From Vicinamibacterales bacterium (GTDB taxonomy: Bacteria > Acidobacteriota > Vicinamibacteria > Vicinamibacterales > JAMQPK01): 64,000 bases of DNA. The DNA lies in NCBI GenBank assembly GCA_963790545.1, contig CAWBPA010000007.1, positions 17,668 through 81,667 of the forward strand. Reading direction: 5' to 3'. A model generated the notes under the pieces. That model made no database searches, was not told the DNA's origin, and was given only the letters and a program-made list of their open reading frames with translations. Shown here piece after piece: positions 9,376-19,314 of the stretch. The position numbers were made by a program, and so were the translations under genes. Numbering within the stretch: the first letter of the stretch is position 1; every line of letters begins with the position of its first letter.

Positions 9376-12067
9376 CTATTCGTGCGTCATCCGCATTCGG
9401 AACGGCGTGCTCTGCACGACGCCCAGGATGAACGAAGAGAACTGATAGTCTTGGCGCGCGGCATCGCGCACGATCGCCCGCACCGCGGGCCCGTCGTAGT
9501 ACTCCAGCCCGCGACCAAGGGCGTACGTGAGCATCTTTTCGGTTAACGTCGTGACAAACCGGTCCGACTGAACGAGGGCCTGCCTGAGCCCGGCTGGTCC
9601 GGTGAATTTCGTGCCGTCGGGAAACGCGCCAGATGCATCAACGGGTGCACCAGATTCACCGAGAGTCCGCCATTTCCCGACGCCGTCGAAGTTTTCGAGC
9701 GAAAAACCCAGCGGATCCATGACCGCGTGACAGCTCGCACACACGGGATTGGCCCGATGCTGAGCCATACGTTCGCGCATCGACAGCACGGCACCCGACT
9801 CGTTGGTCGGCTTCAGCGCCGGCACGTTGGGCAGCGGTGGCGGAGGCGGGGCCCCAAGAAGATTTTCGAGTATCCACTTGCCGCGCACGACCGGTGAAGT
9901 CCGGTCCGGGTACGACGTCACCGTCAAGATGCTGCCGTGCCCGAGCAGGCCGCTTCGCATGCTGTCTTTCGGCAGCGCGACCCGTCTGAAATGGCTTCCC
10001 TTCACGTTCGGAATCTCGTAGTGCCGCGCCAGCCGCTCGTTCAGGAACGTGTAGTCGGCATCCAGCAAATCGAGCGCGCTGCGATCTTCCCGGATGATGC
10101 TGTCGAAAAAGAGCTCCGTTTCGCGCTGAAACGCCTGGCGAAGGCCTTCGTCGAAGTCCGGAAAGATGCTTTGAACCGGGCCCGTCGCGGGAAGGTTACG
10201 GAGGAACAGCCATTGCCCTGCGAAGTTCTTCACAAAAGCTTCGGCACGGCGGTCTGCAACCATTCGCCGCACTTGCTGGGCGAGCACCGCGGGGCTGTTC
10301 AGCTGCCCCTTTGACGCCACATCGAGCAGCTCATCGTCAGGAATGCTGCTCCACAGGAAGAAGGACAACCGCGAGGCGAGCTCCAGGTTGGTGATCCGAT
10401 ACGGCGTTCCTGGTCGGGCCTTTGCGGGATCGCGCTCGACGCGGAACAGGAACTCTGGACTCACAAGCAGACGTCTCAATGCACGTTCAATTCCGGCATC
10501 GAAACCGCCCTGCCTGCGTCCCTCCTCGTAAAAGGAGAGCAGCGGTTCCAGGTCTTTATCGGTGACCGGGCGTCGGTACGCGCGTCGCGCAAGCGTGGAA
10601 AGGACCCTCTTCGCACATCCGCCTTCGCTCGTCTGGATGCCCCGCGAGCTACGGCGCGACAAGTCCGCTTCGCCCGCCTCGATCTCCTGCGAGCTACGGC
10701 GAGACAAGTTACGAGACGACGTCTCGGGACGGCACACGAAAATTCGCTCGCGGCTGGAGGCCTCGCCAGGTCCGCTTGGATCGTGCGGACCGCTGATCTC
10801 GACGGTCCGCAGATACGCGCCGGGCCTGCGTCTCCGGAATGTTGACGCCAGCAGGATACGGCCGCAGAAACGGCAGCCGCACGGTCTCTTCCAGCGCCGC
10901 CGTCCGATTGACGAAGGTGACCGCCACATCACGCTGTCCTGCCTTGACCGGAATCCGCAGATTCCAACTTTCGTCGGCCCGGTTGCGCAATTCTCTCTCA
11001 CGCGCGGACACGCGGACCGTTTGCTGGATCTGCGAAATGGCGGGTCTCTGCGGCTGAGAATTCTGTTGCGGCCGCCCCGCGGGTGCTTGTTGCGCATCCT
11101 GCTGTGGGGGCTCGTTCTGCGCCTCCACCTGCGAATCCGGTGGTTCGGTTGGCGGTGGAGTTTGCGGAGGGTTCGCGTTTGGCGTGGCGGGTGGCGCCTG
11201 ATTCTGCACGCCGGGCAACGTGAAAAGCCCTACTCGTTCGCCATCAAGGCTGATCTCGATCTGCTGCGGTTCGACGTAGAGCGGCACGCTCTCGTTGAGA
11301 TCTCGGAACAGCCTGACGCTGATGACGTACTCGGCATCCATTGGGAACGTGTAGCTGATCACCGTGCCACCGCGAGTCCCAAATGGAAGGCCAGGTAGTT
11401 GCGTGTTCTGCCCGAGGTCGTCCGCCACGCGGAAGTAGTCGATGTTGGGCGTTGGCGGAGCGGTCCCAATGGCCAGGCGGCTGACTTTCTGGGCGGCGGA
11501 AAGATACCGCTCCATCAAGGTCGGCGACACCTTCAGTACTCCCGCGATGTTGTCGAACCCGTAGCTGGCATCGTCCGGCGGAAGGAGAGCCGCAACATCG
11601 ACATCAACGCCGAGCAGATCGCGTATGGCGTTCTGGTACTCCGCTCGGTTGAGCCGATGGAAGGGTTCCGTTCTGCCGGGGTTTGGTGTGGCCACGGCCG
11701 ACCGGTCCAGCTCTGCTTCGATCCACGTCAGGAATGCGTCATGCGTGGCTCTGTCGGGACGGGGTGCCCCGGCAGGCGGCATCACTCCGGCCCGGAGCTT
11801 GCGCACGACTTTTTCCCATGCCTCGGCATCCGCAGCGACCTTCGACAAATCAAGCGCGTCGAGAGCAATTGGGACACTGCCCCGCGCCTTCTGAGCCTGC
11901 GAGTGGCAGTTGACGCAGTAACGTTTGAGGACAGCCTGATGGCTCGAGGATAAGGAGGCGACCGGGGCGGCCTGCTGCCCGGGCGTCGACGACCCAACCG
12001 TCGCGGAGAAGGCGAGCAGGACACCGATGCCTGCGCCACCGGCAACGGACACTTTCCGGAGCAGCAT
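9376..12067 (-). CDS. DUF1592/DUF1588/DUF1585/DUF1587-type protein (planctomycete-cytochrome-like, CxxCH motif), interrupted by one frameshift near 10830
   Basis: ORF 10709..12067 supplies the N-terminus, with a signal peptide and CVNCHS. ORF 9376..11097 supplies the C-terminus (...LLVSPEFLFRVE..., ...CASCHAVMDPLGF...). They overlap in different frames, and the join lies around ...PFLRP / YLRTVEISGP. Confidence 0.7.
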
Positions 12068-12388
12068 GCGTCTCCAGGCTCACGGCAGGCCTAAAGGCCT
12101 GCGCTACGTACACATAAATCCGCGTGATCCGCGAAGATCCGCGTCCCCCGATTATACCGGTGAATTTGCGCGGGAATATGGATCAGGTCGTTTCCTACCA
12201 AAAGACACGAGCCCTGCCCACTTGTTTTGGAACGCTTCAATGACTGTCCCCGACAGGTCGCAACGGGTCAGGTTGAACGCTCGCGGTCATCATTCAAATC
12301 CAAAGCATGGTCATCGGCTGCATTGGCCCGACTTTGGCATGACCACCCGTGTGCCTGCCCAACCATCTGAACAGCCAAGGTCTGCCCC

Positions 12389-15300
12389 ATGCCACTGCGC
12401 TTTCACATCCGCGTTGTTGCCCTGGTCATTGCCGCCACGGTAGGACTTGCAGGAACGGCCGACGCTCAGACGTCATACTTCGGTCGCAACAAGGTCCAGC
12501 ACAAAGACCTCAAGTTCGAGATCCTCAAGACGGAGCACTTCGACATCTATTTCTACCCCGAAGAGCGTGAAGCCGCCGTCCAGGTTGGCCGGCTGGCTGA
12601 ACGATGGCGCGCCCGTCTTTCGCAGCTTTTCGAGCACTCGCTCACGGCGCCTCAGCCCATCGTGCTCTATGCCTCGAACCCCGACTTCCACCAGACCAAC
12701 GTCGTCGACGGCGTGGGCGAGGGCACGGGTGGTGTGACGGAATCTTTGAAGCGACGCGTGGTCCTGCCCATGGCAGGAACGCTGGCGGACACTGATCACG
12801 TGCTCGGTCACGAGTTGGTACACGCCTTCCAGTACGACATCGCAAGCCGCCAGCAAACCGATTCGATGGGTTCCGCGCTCGAAGCGCTTCCGTTGTGGTT
12901 CATCGAGGGAATGGCCGAGTACTTTTCGCTCGGGCATGTCGACCCGCACACGGCAATGTGGATTCGCGACGCCTCGCGACAGGAGGAAAAGCTTCCGACG
13001 ATTCAACAGCTCAACGACGGCCGGTATTTCCCCTACCGGTGGGGCCAGGCCATGTGGGCGTACGTGGCTGGCCGATGGGGAGATCAGACGGTGGGAGCGT
13101 TATTCGATGCTGCCCTGCGGGCTCGAAGCACAGAGCTGGCCTTCAAGAGTGTTCTCGGCCTGACGTCGGACGAAATCTCGAAAGGCTGGCACGAGGCGAT
13201 TCACGAGCACTATCGACCGGTCCTGGAGACTACCGAGCGGGTGACGACGTACGGTCGCACGGTGGCGGGCGACAAGAAGGTTGGGCAAGGACTCAACGTG
13301 TCACCGTCGCTCAGCCCGGACGGTCGGCGGATCATCTACTTCTCGCAGCGGGGACTCTTGTCCGTCGATCTCTATCTGGCGGACGTGGAAACGGGACGCA
13401 TCATCCGCCGCCTCGTGAACACGGCCATCGATCCCCATTTCACGAGCCTGCAGTTCATCGGATCGGTTGGCTCGTGGCATCCGCAGGGGCGACAGTTCGT
13501 GTTCGGTGCGATCAGCGACGGTCGTCCGGAGTTGACCATCATCGATGTGGATCGCGGAGAGCGAGTGCGAGAGATTCCATTTTCCGATCTCGGCGAAATC
13601 CTCAACCCATCGTGGTCTCCCGATGGCCGCTCAATCGCGTTTTCGGCAACCAAAGCAGGCTTTTCCGATCTTTTCATTTACGACCTCGAAAAAAGCGCGC
13701 TGCGTCAGATCACGAGTGATGCGTTTGCAGAGCTTCAGCCGGCGTGGTCGCCAGATGGACAGCGTGTGGCGTTCGTGACTGATCGATTCTCGACAGACTT
13801 ATCGACGCTGCGGTCAGGTGCATTGAGGCTGGCAATCGTGGACACCACCTCCGGCGAGATCATCGAACTGACGACCTTCGAGCGGGGCAAGAGCATCAAT
13901 CCGCAGTGGCACCCCGATGGACGTCAGATCTTTTTTCTGTCGGACCAAAACGGCATTACGAATCTCTACCTCCTTAATGTTCCGGAAGGGCGAACCCGGC
14001 AAGTCACGAACCTCGACGGTGGTGTGAGCGGCGTGACCGCCTTGAGCCCGGCGTTGTCATCGTCTCTCGACGCGCGCCGTGTCGCATTTAGCGCCTACGA
14101 TGGGGGGCAACTCCGAATCTATCTCATCGACGGAGCTCCGACACTGAAGGACACGTCGGCTCCGACCGCGGCGGTGCAACCAGCCGCAGCGGTGCTGCCA
14201 CCGGCAGAACGCGCCTCAGATCTGGTGGCCAAACTCCTCGACGATCCCAACATGGGCCTTCCGGAAACGAACGGGGACGTGGTTCCGTATAGTCCGCGAC
14301 TGTCTCTCGACTTCGTCGGTCAGCCCTATGTCGCGGCGGGCGTCAGTCGGTTCGGGACGAGCATAGGCGGCGGGTTGTCGTTCCTCTGGAGCGACATGCT
14401 CGGCGACCATGTGCTGGGTGCGGCCTTTGACGTCAACACGTACGGCACGGGCCTCGACGACATCTTCAAGAACACCGGGGGCGTCCTGGGATACGAGAAC
14501 CGTAAGCACCGTTGGAACTGGGGCGTGTCCCTCGAGCAGGTCCCATATCTCACTGGCGGCATCGCGACCGGTGTGACGACAACGGGTGGGCAGCTCGCGT
14601 TTGTGGAAGAAACCGTCATTCAGCGTCAGACCTTCCGTGGTCTGAATGGAGCCGTCGCCTATCCCTTCAATCGCACACGTCGGATCGAGTTCGGTGGCGG
14701 GTACCAACAGGTGTCGTTCGATCAGGAAGTCCGCACGGTTATCACGTCGTTGCAGACCGGACGAGAGATCAGCGATCAGACCGAGACCACGTCACTTGCC
14801 GGCGCCCTGCGTCTTGGCACCGCGACCGCGGCCCTCGTGTCTGACAACTCGTCGTTTGGCGCAACCAGTCCAGTCGCGGGGCATCGATCGCGGGTGGCAG
14901 TCATGCCGACGGTCGGAACGATTTCCTACACCGGGATGCTGGCGGACTACCGTCGCTACTTCATGCCCGTGGACTTCTACACGATTGCCGGCCGGGTCTT
15001 GCACTATGGCCGGTACGGATCGGGCGCTGAAGACTCCCGGCTGATCGATCTCTTTATTGGTTATCCGGAGCTCCTGCGCGGGTACGACATCGGGTCATTT
15101 ACCACGGCGGAGTGTGTGGCCGGATCTTTGGGCACCTGTGAATCATTCGATCGTTTGATTGGTTCGCGCATCCTCGTTGGCAACCTCGAGCTGCGATTCC
15201 CGCTGTTGCGGCCTTTCGGTGTCCGCGAGGGCATGTATGGGCCCGTACCCGTGGAGGTCGCCTTCTTTGCCGACGCTGGTGTGGCCTGGACAAGTATTCA

Positions 15301-15466
15301 GCGACCTTCGTTTGCGGGCGGTGAACGTCGACCGGTCTCGAGTGCCGGCGTCACATTCAGGGCGAACGTCTTTGGCTTTGCGATCGCGCAAATTGACCTG
15401 GCGTATCCGTTTCAACGTCCAGGCCGCGGTTGGGTCTGGAGCTTCAGTTTGGCGCCGGGGTTCTAG
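12389..15466 (+). CDS. Outer-membrane fusion protein: gluzincin-type peptidase module + TolB-like PD40 beta-propeller + Omp85/BamA-type C-terminal barrel
   Basis: Intact 1025-aa ORF with a signal peptide. Peptidase motifs are HELVH plus downstream FIEGMAEY. At least four PD40 motifs are present (SPDGRRIIYFS, SPDGRSIAFSA, SPDGQRVAFVTD, HPDGRQIFFLSD). The C-terminus reads LELRFPL...AFFADAGVAW...SFSLAPGF and ends in Phe. Confidence 0.75.
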   Translation: MPLRFHIRVVALVIAATVGLAGTADAQTSYFGRNKVQHKDLKFEILKTEHFDIYFYPEEREAAVQVGRLAERWRARLSQLFEHSLTAPQPIVLYASNPDFHQTNVVDGVGEGTGGVTESLKRRVVLPMAGTLADTDHVLGHELVHAFQYDIASRQQTDSMGSALEALPLWFIEGMAEYFSLGHVDPHTAMWIRDASRQEEKLPTIQQLNDGRYFPYRWGQAMWAYVAGRWGDQTVGALFDAALRARSTELAFKSVLGLTSDEISKGWHEAIHEHYRPVLETTERVTTYGRTVAGDKKVGQGLNVSPSLSPDGRRIIYFSQRGLLSVDLYLADVETGRIIRRLVNTAIDPHFTSLQFIGSVGSWHPQGRQFVFGAISDGRPELTIIDVDRGERVREIPFSDLGEILNPSWSPDGRSIAFSATKAGFSDLFIYDLEKSALRQITSDAFAELQPAWSPDGQRVAFVTDRFSTDLSTLRSGALRLAIVDTTSGEIIELTTFERGKSINPQWHPDGRQIFFLSDQNGITNLYLLNVPEGRTRQVTNLDGGVSGVTALSPALSSSLDARRVAFSAYDGGQLRIYLIDGAPTLKDTSAPTAAVQPAAAVLPPAERASDLVAKLLDDPNMGLPETNGDVVPYSPRLSLDFVGQPYVAAGVSRFGTSIGGGLSFLWSDMLGDHVLGAAFDVNTYGTGLDDIFKNTGGVLGYENRKHRWNWGVSLEQVPYLTGGIATGVTTTGGQLAFVEETVIQRQTFRGLNGAVAYPFNRTRRIEFGGGYQQVSFDQEVRTVITSLQTGREISDQTETTSLAGALRLGTATAALVSDNSSFGATSPVAGHRSRVAVMPTVGTISYTGMLADYRRYFMPVDFYTIAGRVLHYGRYGSGAEDSRLIDLFIGYPELLRGYDIGSFTTAECVAGSLGTCESFDRLIGSRILVGNLELRFPLLRPFGVREGMYGPVPVEVAFFADAGVAWTSIQRPSFAGGERRPVSSAGVTFRANVFGFAIAQIDLAYPFQRPGRGWVWSFSLAPGF

Positions 15467-15476
15467 CAACAGAGAC

Positions 15477-15503
15477 GTAGCGCGGACCCTTTAAGGGTCC
15501 GCG
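15477..15503. repeat. REP-like hairpin (gtag-cgcggaccc-tttaa-gggtccgcg) between convergent genes
   Basis: 9-bp perfect stem with no U-tract. It belongs to a family seen at least 10 times in the window. Confidence 0.8.
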
Positions 15504-15510
15504 TCGGGAC

Positions 15511-16482
15511 TCACGGAGTCAGAAGAATCTTCCCCGCCGTCCGGCGCGCCTCGAGTTCCTGGTGTGCTTTCGCTGCGTCTGCCAGCGGAAGCACACGATC
15601 GATGCGCAGCTTGAGCGCGCCTTCGACAAGCCATCGGAAGAGATCTGTCGTGCGCATCACCAGTTCTTCACGCGTGGCAATGTAATGAGCGAGGCCCGGG
15701 CGCGTGAGGAACAGTGAGCCCTTCGCGCCAAGCGTCGCGGGATCGAAGAGCGGTACCGGACCACTGGAAAAACCGAACAACGCCAGACAGCCTCGCGGCC
15801 GTAGACAATTGAGGCTCTTCTCGAACGTGTCTTTGCCAACCGAGTCGTAGACCACATCCACGCCTCGACCGTTCGTCAGGCGCTTGATTTCGGCTTCGAA
15901 GTCCTCCGTCGAGTAGTTGATGACATGACTGGCCCCCGCCTCACGTGCCAGTGCAGCCTTCGCATCGCTGCCGACGGTCGCGTACACCCTGGCGCCCAGC
16001 TTGTCGGCGAGTTGCGTGATGAGTTGACCGACACCGCCGGCCCCGGCATGCACCAGCGCCGCGTGCCCTGGTTTGATCGGAAATGTGCTGTGAGTCAGGT
16101 AATGAGCGGTGGTCCCTTGAAGCATGACCGCTGCGCCGGTCTGAAAATCAAGACCGTCCGGCAGCTTGACAAGTCTGTCTGCGGGCGCAAGCGCAAACTC
16201 CGCATACGTCCCCGGAACCATCGTGTACACAACACGATCACCCACACGAACATCGGTAACGCCCGGACCAATCGCGGCGACGGTGCCCGCCCCTTCCGAG
16301 CCAATGGTGTATGGGAGCTGCGGAACTCGGTACTTTCCGATCCGTTGCTGGATATCGATGAAGTTGACGCCGGCGGCCGCAATTTTGACCACAGCCTCAC
16401 CCGATGCGGGCTGGGGCATCTCAGCTTCCTCGTATTTCAGAACTTCAGGTCCACCGTGCGCATGGATTCGGACGGCTTTCAA
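15511..16482 (-). CDS. NADPH:quinone oxidoreductase (zeta-crystallin / MDR family)
   Basis: MKAVRIHAHGGPEVLKYEE..., AAGVNFID and GAGGVGQL Rossmann motifs. The TTG start at 16482 overlaps the upstream stop (TTGA) and is preceded by GGAGGA. Confidence 0.8.
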   Translation of the reverse strand: MKAVRIHAHGGPEVLKYEEAEMPQPASGEAVVKIAAAGVNFIDIQQRIGKYRVPQLPYTIGSEGAGTVAAIGPGVTDVRVGDRVVYTMVPGTYAEFALAPADRLVKLPDGLDFQTGAAVMLQGTTAHYLTHSTFPIKPGHAALVHAGAGGVGQLITQLADKLGARVYATVGSDAKAALAREAGASHVINYSTEDFEAEIKRLTNGRGVDVVYDSVGKDTFEKSLNCLRPRGCLALFGFSSGPVPLFDPATLGAKGSLFLTRPGLAHYIATREELVMRTTDLFRWLVEGALKLRIDRVLPLADAAKAHQELEARRTAGKILLTP

Positions 16483-17333
16483 GAGTCCTCCGTCAGGACC
16501 TGTTGTTTGTTGAGGAAACCCAAAAGCAACGTATTGAATTCCTGTGGCTTTTCGATCATCAGGAAGTGACCGGTTCCCGGAATCTCCACATATTCCATCG
16601 ACGGAAAACGGGTCTTCATGACGTCGCGGTTCCCGAGTGCTGATTTGTCCGCATACAGTCCGAGAACGGGGATGGTCAACACATCCTCGCTCCATGCTGC
16701 GGGATCCAGCGTCGCCTTCAACGCACCCAGGGCGGTCGCATCCGGAGCCGCCATCATCATTGAGACGATGCGGGTTTGCATGGGCTGAGTGGTAGCGGCC
16801 GAGAACATGCCTCGTACAAACCGCTCGCGTGCCTGTCTGCCATCTGGTCCGGCGAAGTCCTGGCCGAGGGGAGGCGCACCGGGAGGAGGGGCGGGCGGCG
16901 TGACGAGCCCGTCGACAAACACCAGTGCGGCCGTATGCTTCGGGTGGAGGCGCGCGTATCGCAGCACTACTGGCGTGCCCATGCTGTGGCCGACGAGCAC
17001 CACGCGTTCGGCTTTGATCTCGCGGCGAACGGCCTCGACAGCTCGAGCGAACAGATCCATGGAAAAGTTTTCCGGCTTTGGCGAATCGCTCCGACCATGG
17101 CCCGGCAGGTCCAGCGTCACGACGCGGTACGTTTTAGACAACGCAGGCACCTGATCTCGCCACGTGCTCTCGTCGCACGTCCAGCCGTGAACCAGGATGA
17201 CCGTGTTTGGCCCCTTACCACTTGACGTCCAGTGGATGTTCAGGCCGTCGACCGTGGCCGCTGACAACGGCAGCGTCGACAGGACGGTCAGCGTCAGGAG
17301 GGCGCCGATCGTTCGGAAGAGGTGTGGCGCCAT
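16479..17333 (-). CDS. Secreted alpha/beta-fold hydrolase
   Basis: Signal peptide, HGW oxyanion motif (VILVHGWTCD) and nucleophile elbow GHSMG. The start is trimmed to the ATG at 17333, 1 nt after the cytochrome c stop. Confidence 0.75.
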   Translation of the reverse strand: MAPHLFRTIGALLTLTVLSTLPLSAATVDGLNIHWTSSGKGPNTVILVHGWTCDESTWRDQVPALSKTYRVVTLDLPGHGRSDSPKPENFSMDLFARAVEAVRREIKAERVVLVGHSMGTPVVLRYARLHPKHTAALVFVDGLVTPPAPPPGAPPLGQDFAGPDGRQARERFVRGMFSAATTQPMQTRIVSMMMAAPDATALGALKATLDPAAWSEDVLTIPVLGLYADKSALGNRDVMKTRFPSMEYVEIPGTGHFLMIEKPQEFNTLLLGFLNKQQVLTEDS

Positions 17334-17334
17334 G

Positions 17335-17701
17335 CTATCGCTCCTTCGATCGCGTGAGGTAAGCAGCCAGGGCATCGAGCTCGGCATCGGATATTTCCGT
17401 CTTGCGGAACGGAGCCATGACACTGACGCCCTGACGTACAAAAAATCTGACCGAGGCTGGCGTGAGATCGGTTCGGTCCTCGAGCACGGCCGCGACAGCT
17501 GGCTGTCGCCCCTTGTATTTGGCTGCCAACGCGGCCGTGCCGGGCATGCCCGGACCGCTGCTGTGACACGTAGCACACCAGTACCTGATACACGGCCCGT
17601 CCCTGGTCGATTCTGGCCTTGTCGCCAGCTGCGCCTTGGCCACTCGCCTCACCGGCACAAAGGAGGATTCCCCCGACCACGAAGAATGCCAACCTCATCA
17701 T
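17335..17701 (-). CDS. Monohaem class I cytochrome c (PchC-like partner of the flavoprotein), one frameshift near 17585
   Basis: The signal peptide and GRAVYQ lie in the frame of ORF 17294..17701. YWCATCHSSG...VMAPF lies in the frame of ORF 17335..17658. The ATG at 17701 overlaps the flavoprotein stop (ATGA). Confidence 0.7.
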
Positions 17702-19314
17702 GCGCGATTCCCTCGGAGATGTTTGGGCCAGATACCGTACCGGCCTGCGGAAATGATTCCATTTGGATCGACGGCATCCTTGATGGCTTCGTGAAAACGC
17801 AAAAGCGCATTGTTGTTGTACGAGTATGCGCCCACGACGGCATCCATGAATGCCGGCGCCGTCCGATACTCGCCCCAGCCATGTTCGGCGGCAATCTGCA
17901 CGAGGCGGTTGAACGCGTCACGGTTTCTTTTGTTCGTCGCGATGTCCCGCGTAATCGGAAACGCGATAATCAGGACGAACGCACGCAGCCAGTACATCGT
18001 CGGGATCGCGGAAATGTTGAACGGCAACTTCAGATCGCGTGCCGCCTGCGACAACACGCGTTGCGCCTCGAAGACCGCCTCGCCAGTCCTCGGGATGATT
18101 GGCGAAAACCACATATGCCCATTCGTCGGGTTGGGATTGGTTTCCGACCTCGCGCCAATTGAAAACATCTCGAGACTTGGGATGCCAAACTCGGGCTTGT
18201 GCACGCGCTGGCGTTGTTCGGGAGTGAGCGGAAGCCGGAATAGTTCGCCGTCCTGGAAGGTCGCTCCCGGAATTGCAGAGAACTTTTCCTTCGTGTGCTC
18301 CCACTGTGCCGCAATGGCTTTGGCCGGCCCGTAAAACCTGAGCGAGCAGTTCCAGTACGGAATGCCCTTTTGCAGTGCGTAACGCTCGATCTCTTCCGGT
18401 GGGACGCCGCCAGGGCGTGTGAGCAGTGCCGCAAGCTCCTTATCACGTGGTGGTCCTAAGCCGAACCCGCCGCCGAGCGTTCCGATCATGGGCATGCCGT
18501 TGGAAACGCCGGCATTCTCTATGTAGGTGAGGATGTCGACCAGAGGAACGAGGTCGGCGTGCCTGGGCACGCTGACTGTCCCTGACAGGTACGCGTCAGG
18601 GGTCGGCATGAGCCAGAACCCCATTTTCGTGACAACGCCGAAATTTGATTGCGAAAAGATGCCGTCGATCCACGGACCGACTCCGAACTTGAACTGCTGC
18701 CAGGTCCCGGCGCCAGGAAGGGCGCCCATGCCCGTGCGTATCACGTCGCCATTGGCGAGCACCACCTCCATGCCGCAATGGGCGTCGAAGTGGTTGCGAT
18801 ACAAAGCCGTCGTGTAACCGCCGCCGTGATCGAGCGCATTGCCAATCACGCTGCCCCAGCCTGGATCGGGCACATCGACCCACAGCTTGAGGTTCTTTTC
18901 CTCTATGTGCCGGCAAAGGTCGAAATAGCTGACGCCCGGCTCGACCAGACACGAGGCATTTCTCTCGCTGACCTCGAGAATCCGGTTCATGCGCTTCAGG
19001 TCGAGCACGACGCTGCCCGAATACGCCGGCGCAGCGCCACCGTAGCCAAGATTTCTTCCCGTAGAGACGGGATAGATCGGAATCTTGTACGTATTGGCAA
19101 TCTTGACAATCTGCTGCACCTGTTCCACGCGATCCGGCGCCACCGCACCCGAAGCAACCCGCTCCTCGGGCTCACCAAAAAGAGGCGAATAGGCATCGCG
19201 ATAAAGATTGAGATCATCGTCGCTGGTAAACACCCACTCTTTACCGACCACTTGCTCGAACTGGGTGACGGCGCTCCCAAAATCGCCGGCGCTGATGCCC
19301 GGAGGGATTCTCAT
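17698..19314 (-). CDS. FAD-linked oxidase of the vanillyl-alcohol oxidase / p-cresol methylhydroxylase (PchF) family
   Basis: STGRNLGYGGAAP, LDLKRMNRILEV, VEPGVSYFDL, PDPGWGSVIGN and MEVVLANGDVIRTGMGA blocks over a 538-aa length. No signal peptide. The start at 19314 overlaps the upstream stop (ATGA). Confidence 0.75.
   Translation of the reverse strand: MRIPPGISAGDFGSAVTQFEQVVGKEWVFTSDDDLNLYRDAYSPLFGEPEERVASGAVAPDRVEQVQQIVKIANTYKIPIYPVSTGRNLGYGGAAPAYSGSVVLDLKRMNRILEVSERNASCLVEPGVSYFDLCRHIEEKNLKLWVDVPDPGWGSVIGNALDHGGGYTTALYRNHFDAHCGMEVVLANGDVIRTGMGALPGAGTWQQFKFGVGPWIDGIFSQSNFGVVTKMGFWLMPTPDAYLSGTVSVPRHADLVPLVDILTYIENAGVSNGMPMIGTLGGGFGLGPPRDKELAALLTRPGGVPPEEIERYALQKGIPYWNCSLRFYGPAKAIAAQWEHTKEKFSAIPGATFQDGELFRLPLTPEQRQRVHKPEFGIPSLEMFSIGARSETNPNPTNGHMWFSPIIPRTGEAVFEAQRVLSQAARDLKLPFNISAIPTMYWLRAFVLIIAFPITRDIATNKRNRDAFNRLVQIAAEHGWGEYRTAPAFMDAVVGAYSYNNNALLRFHEAIKDAVDPNGIISAGRYGIWPKHLRGNRA

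Noticed and set aside
12113-12388. ORF 12027..12443 (138 aa) or a small RNA in the divergent region upstream of the peptidase-Omp85 gene
   Set aside because: The ORF begins inside the neighbouring gene's antisense strand and runs over a REP element. It has no SD. I see no conserved structure beyond the REP hairpin.
15477-15503. REP hairpins as Rho-independent terminators
   Set aside because: None of the copies is followed by a U-tract on either strand. Some lie in divergent promoter regions (4907..4932) or overlap stop codons. I report them as repeats, although a 3'-end stabilising role remains possible.
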